Virus record (IMG/VR): IMGVR_UViG_3300037231_000117
Coordinates: 1 to 55,474 of that record
Direction: 5' to 3' (one strand)
From: a virus
Lineage: Duplodnaviria; Caudoviricetes
Length of the DNA stretch: 55,474 nt
In this document: positions 55,157-55,474 of the stretch, piece by piece
Layout of the letters: every line of letters starts with the position of its first letter
Position numbering within the stretch: position 1 is the first letter of the stretch
The notes under the pieces: generated by a model
Databases searched by the model: none
Told to the model about the DNA's origin: nothing
The model's input: the letters and a program-made list of their open reading frames with translations, nothing else
Made by a program: the position numbers and the translations under genes

Positions 55157-55474
55157 CCGTTCGGCGGGATCGGTTCGGCCTGGAGGCGCGGCGCCCCGCC
55201 GTCGATCGGCTCGGGCACCGGTATGACCGGGTTTACAACTTGGTCAGCCACCGGCGGGTTCGGCGGCGGCGCGTTCGGCGGCGGCGCGTTCGGCGGCGGC
55301 GCGTTCGGCGGCGGCGCGTTCGGCGGCGGCGCGTTCGGCGGCGGCGCGTTCGGCGGCGGCGCGTTCGGCGGCGGCGCGTTCGGCGACTCCTTCTGTGCAT
55401 TCAGCGCGGCGCGGGCCGCCGTGGCTTTGTCCGTCGCGTCCTGCGCCAAGGCTTCTTGCGCGACAACCTCGGCC
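55153..55474 (-). CDS. 3' part of the join-spanning Pro-rich protein (starts at 288)
   Basis: (PNAPP)n then ADQVVNPVIP; ATGA-coupled to the 54848 ORF. Confidence 0.7.
   Translation of the reverse strand, partial: AEVVAQEALAQDATDKATAARAALNAQKESPNAPPPNAPPPNAPPPNAPPPNAPPPNAPPPNAPPPNAPPPNPPVADQVVNPVIPVPEPIDGGAPRLQAEPIPPNG
55219..55249. repeat. 31-bp dispersed motif copy
   Basis: cggtatgaccgggtttacaacttggtcagcc. Confidence 0.8.
55258..55385. repeat. 15-bp perfect tandem repeat x8.5 (PNAPP)
   Basis: Unit gttcggcggcggcgc. Confidence 0.95.
55348..55474. repeat. Terminal direct repeat, copy 2
   Basis: Identical to 1-127. Confidence 0.95.

Noticed and set aside
55258-55385. CRISPR array (also considered for 9374-9650)
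   Set aside because: No unique spacers of CRISPR length, the repeats are in-frame coding, and no cas genes are present.
1-55474. tRNA, rRNA, IS elements, inteins
   Set aside because: No cloverleaf, transposase or intein motifs recognised by eye; tRNAscan or HMM searches would be needed to exclude them formally.

Overview
The window is an apparently complete, circularly permuted, GC-rich dsDNA phage genome of about 55,347 bp: bases 1-127 repeat exactly at 55348-55474 and one ORF runs across the join. It has podovirus-type architecture and probably infects an Alphaproteobacterium (inferred from gene content). A minus-strand late operon of about 44 kb starts at a NusG paralogue and runs through a tyrosine recombinase, ParB-like gene, TerS and TerL, portal, scaffold, N4-gp56-like capsid, adaptor/nozzle, short fibre, ejection proteins, a 4046-aa polyvalent protein, two signal-peptide proteins and a lysis cassette with a lipase. 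A leftward Cro/replication operon carries a Rep with a DnaA-N-like domain and an internal mirror-symmetric iteron array, plus a stand-alone DnaA-C domain. A rightward early operon carries a YqaJ exonuclease, WGR, ASCH and Zn-finger genes. No CI-type repressor, tRNA, CRISPR array or reverse transcriptase was recognised. The most unusual signals are: (1) a 134-aa gene with native codon usage nested in the +1 frame of the MTase-helicase linker of the giant protein; (2) a tailspike-like SGNH protein and its neighbour carrying Sec signal peptides; (3) a dif-like 11-6-11 site between nusG and the recombinase; (4) a 31-bp DNA motif found inside unrelated genes and at an RHH promoter. All family assignments are from motif recognition by eye; no database searches were run.
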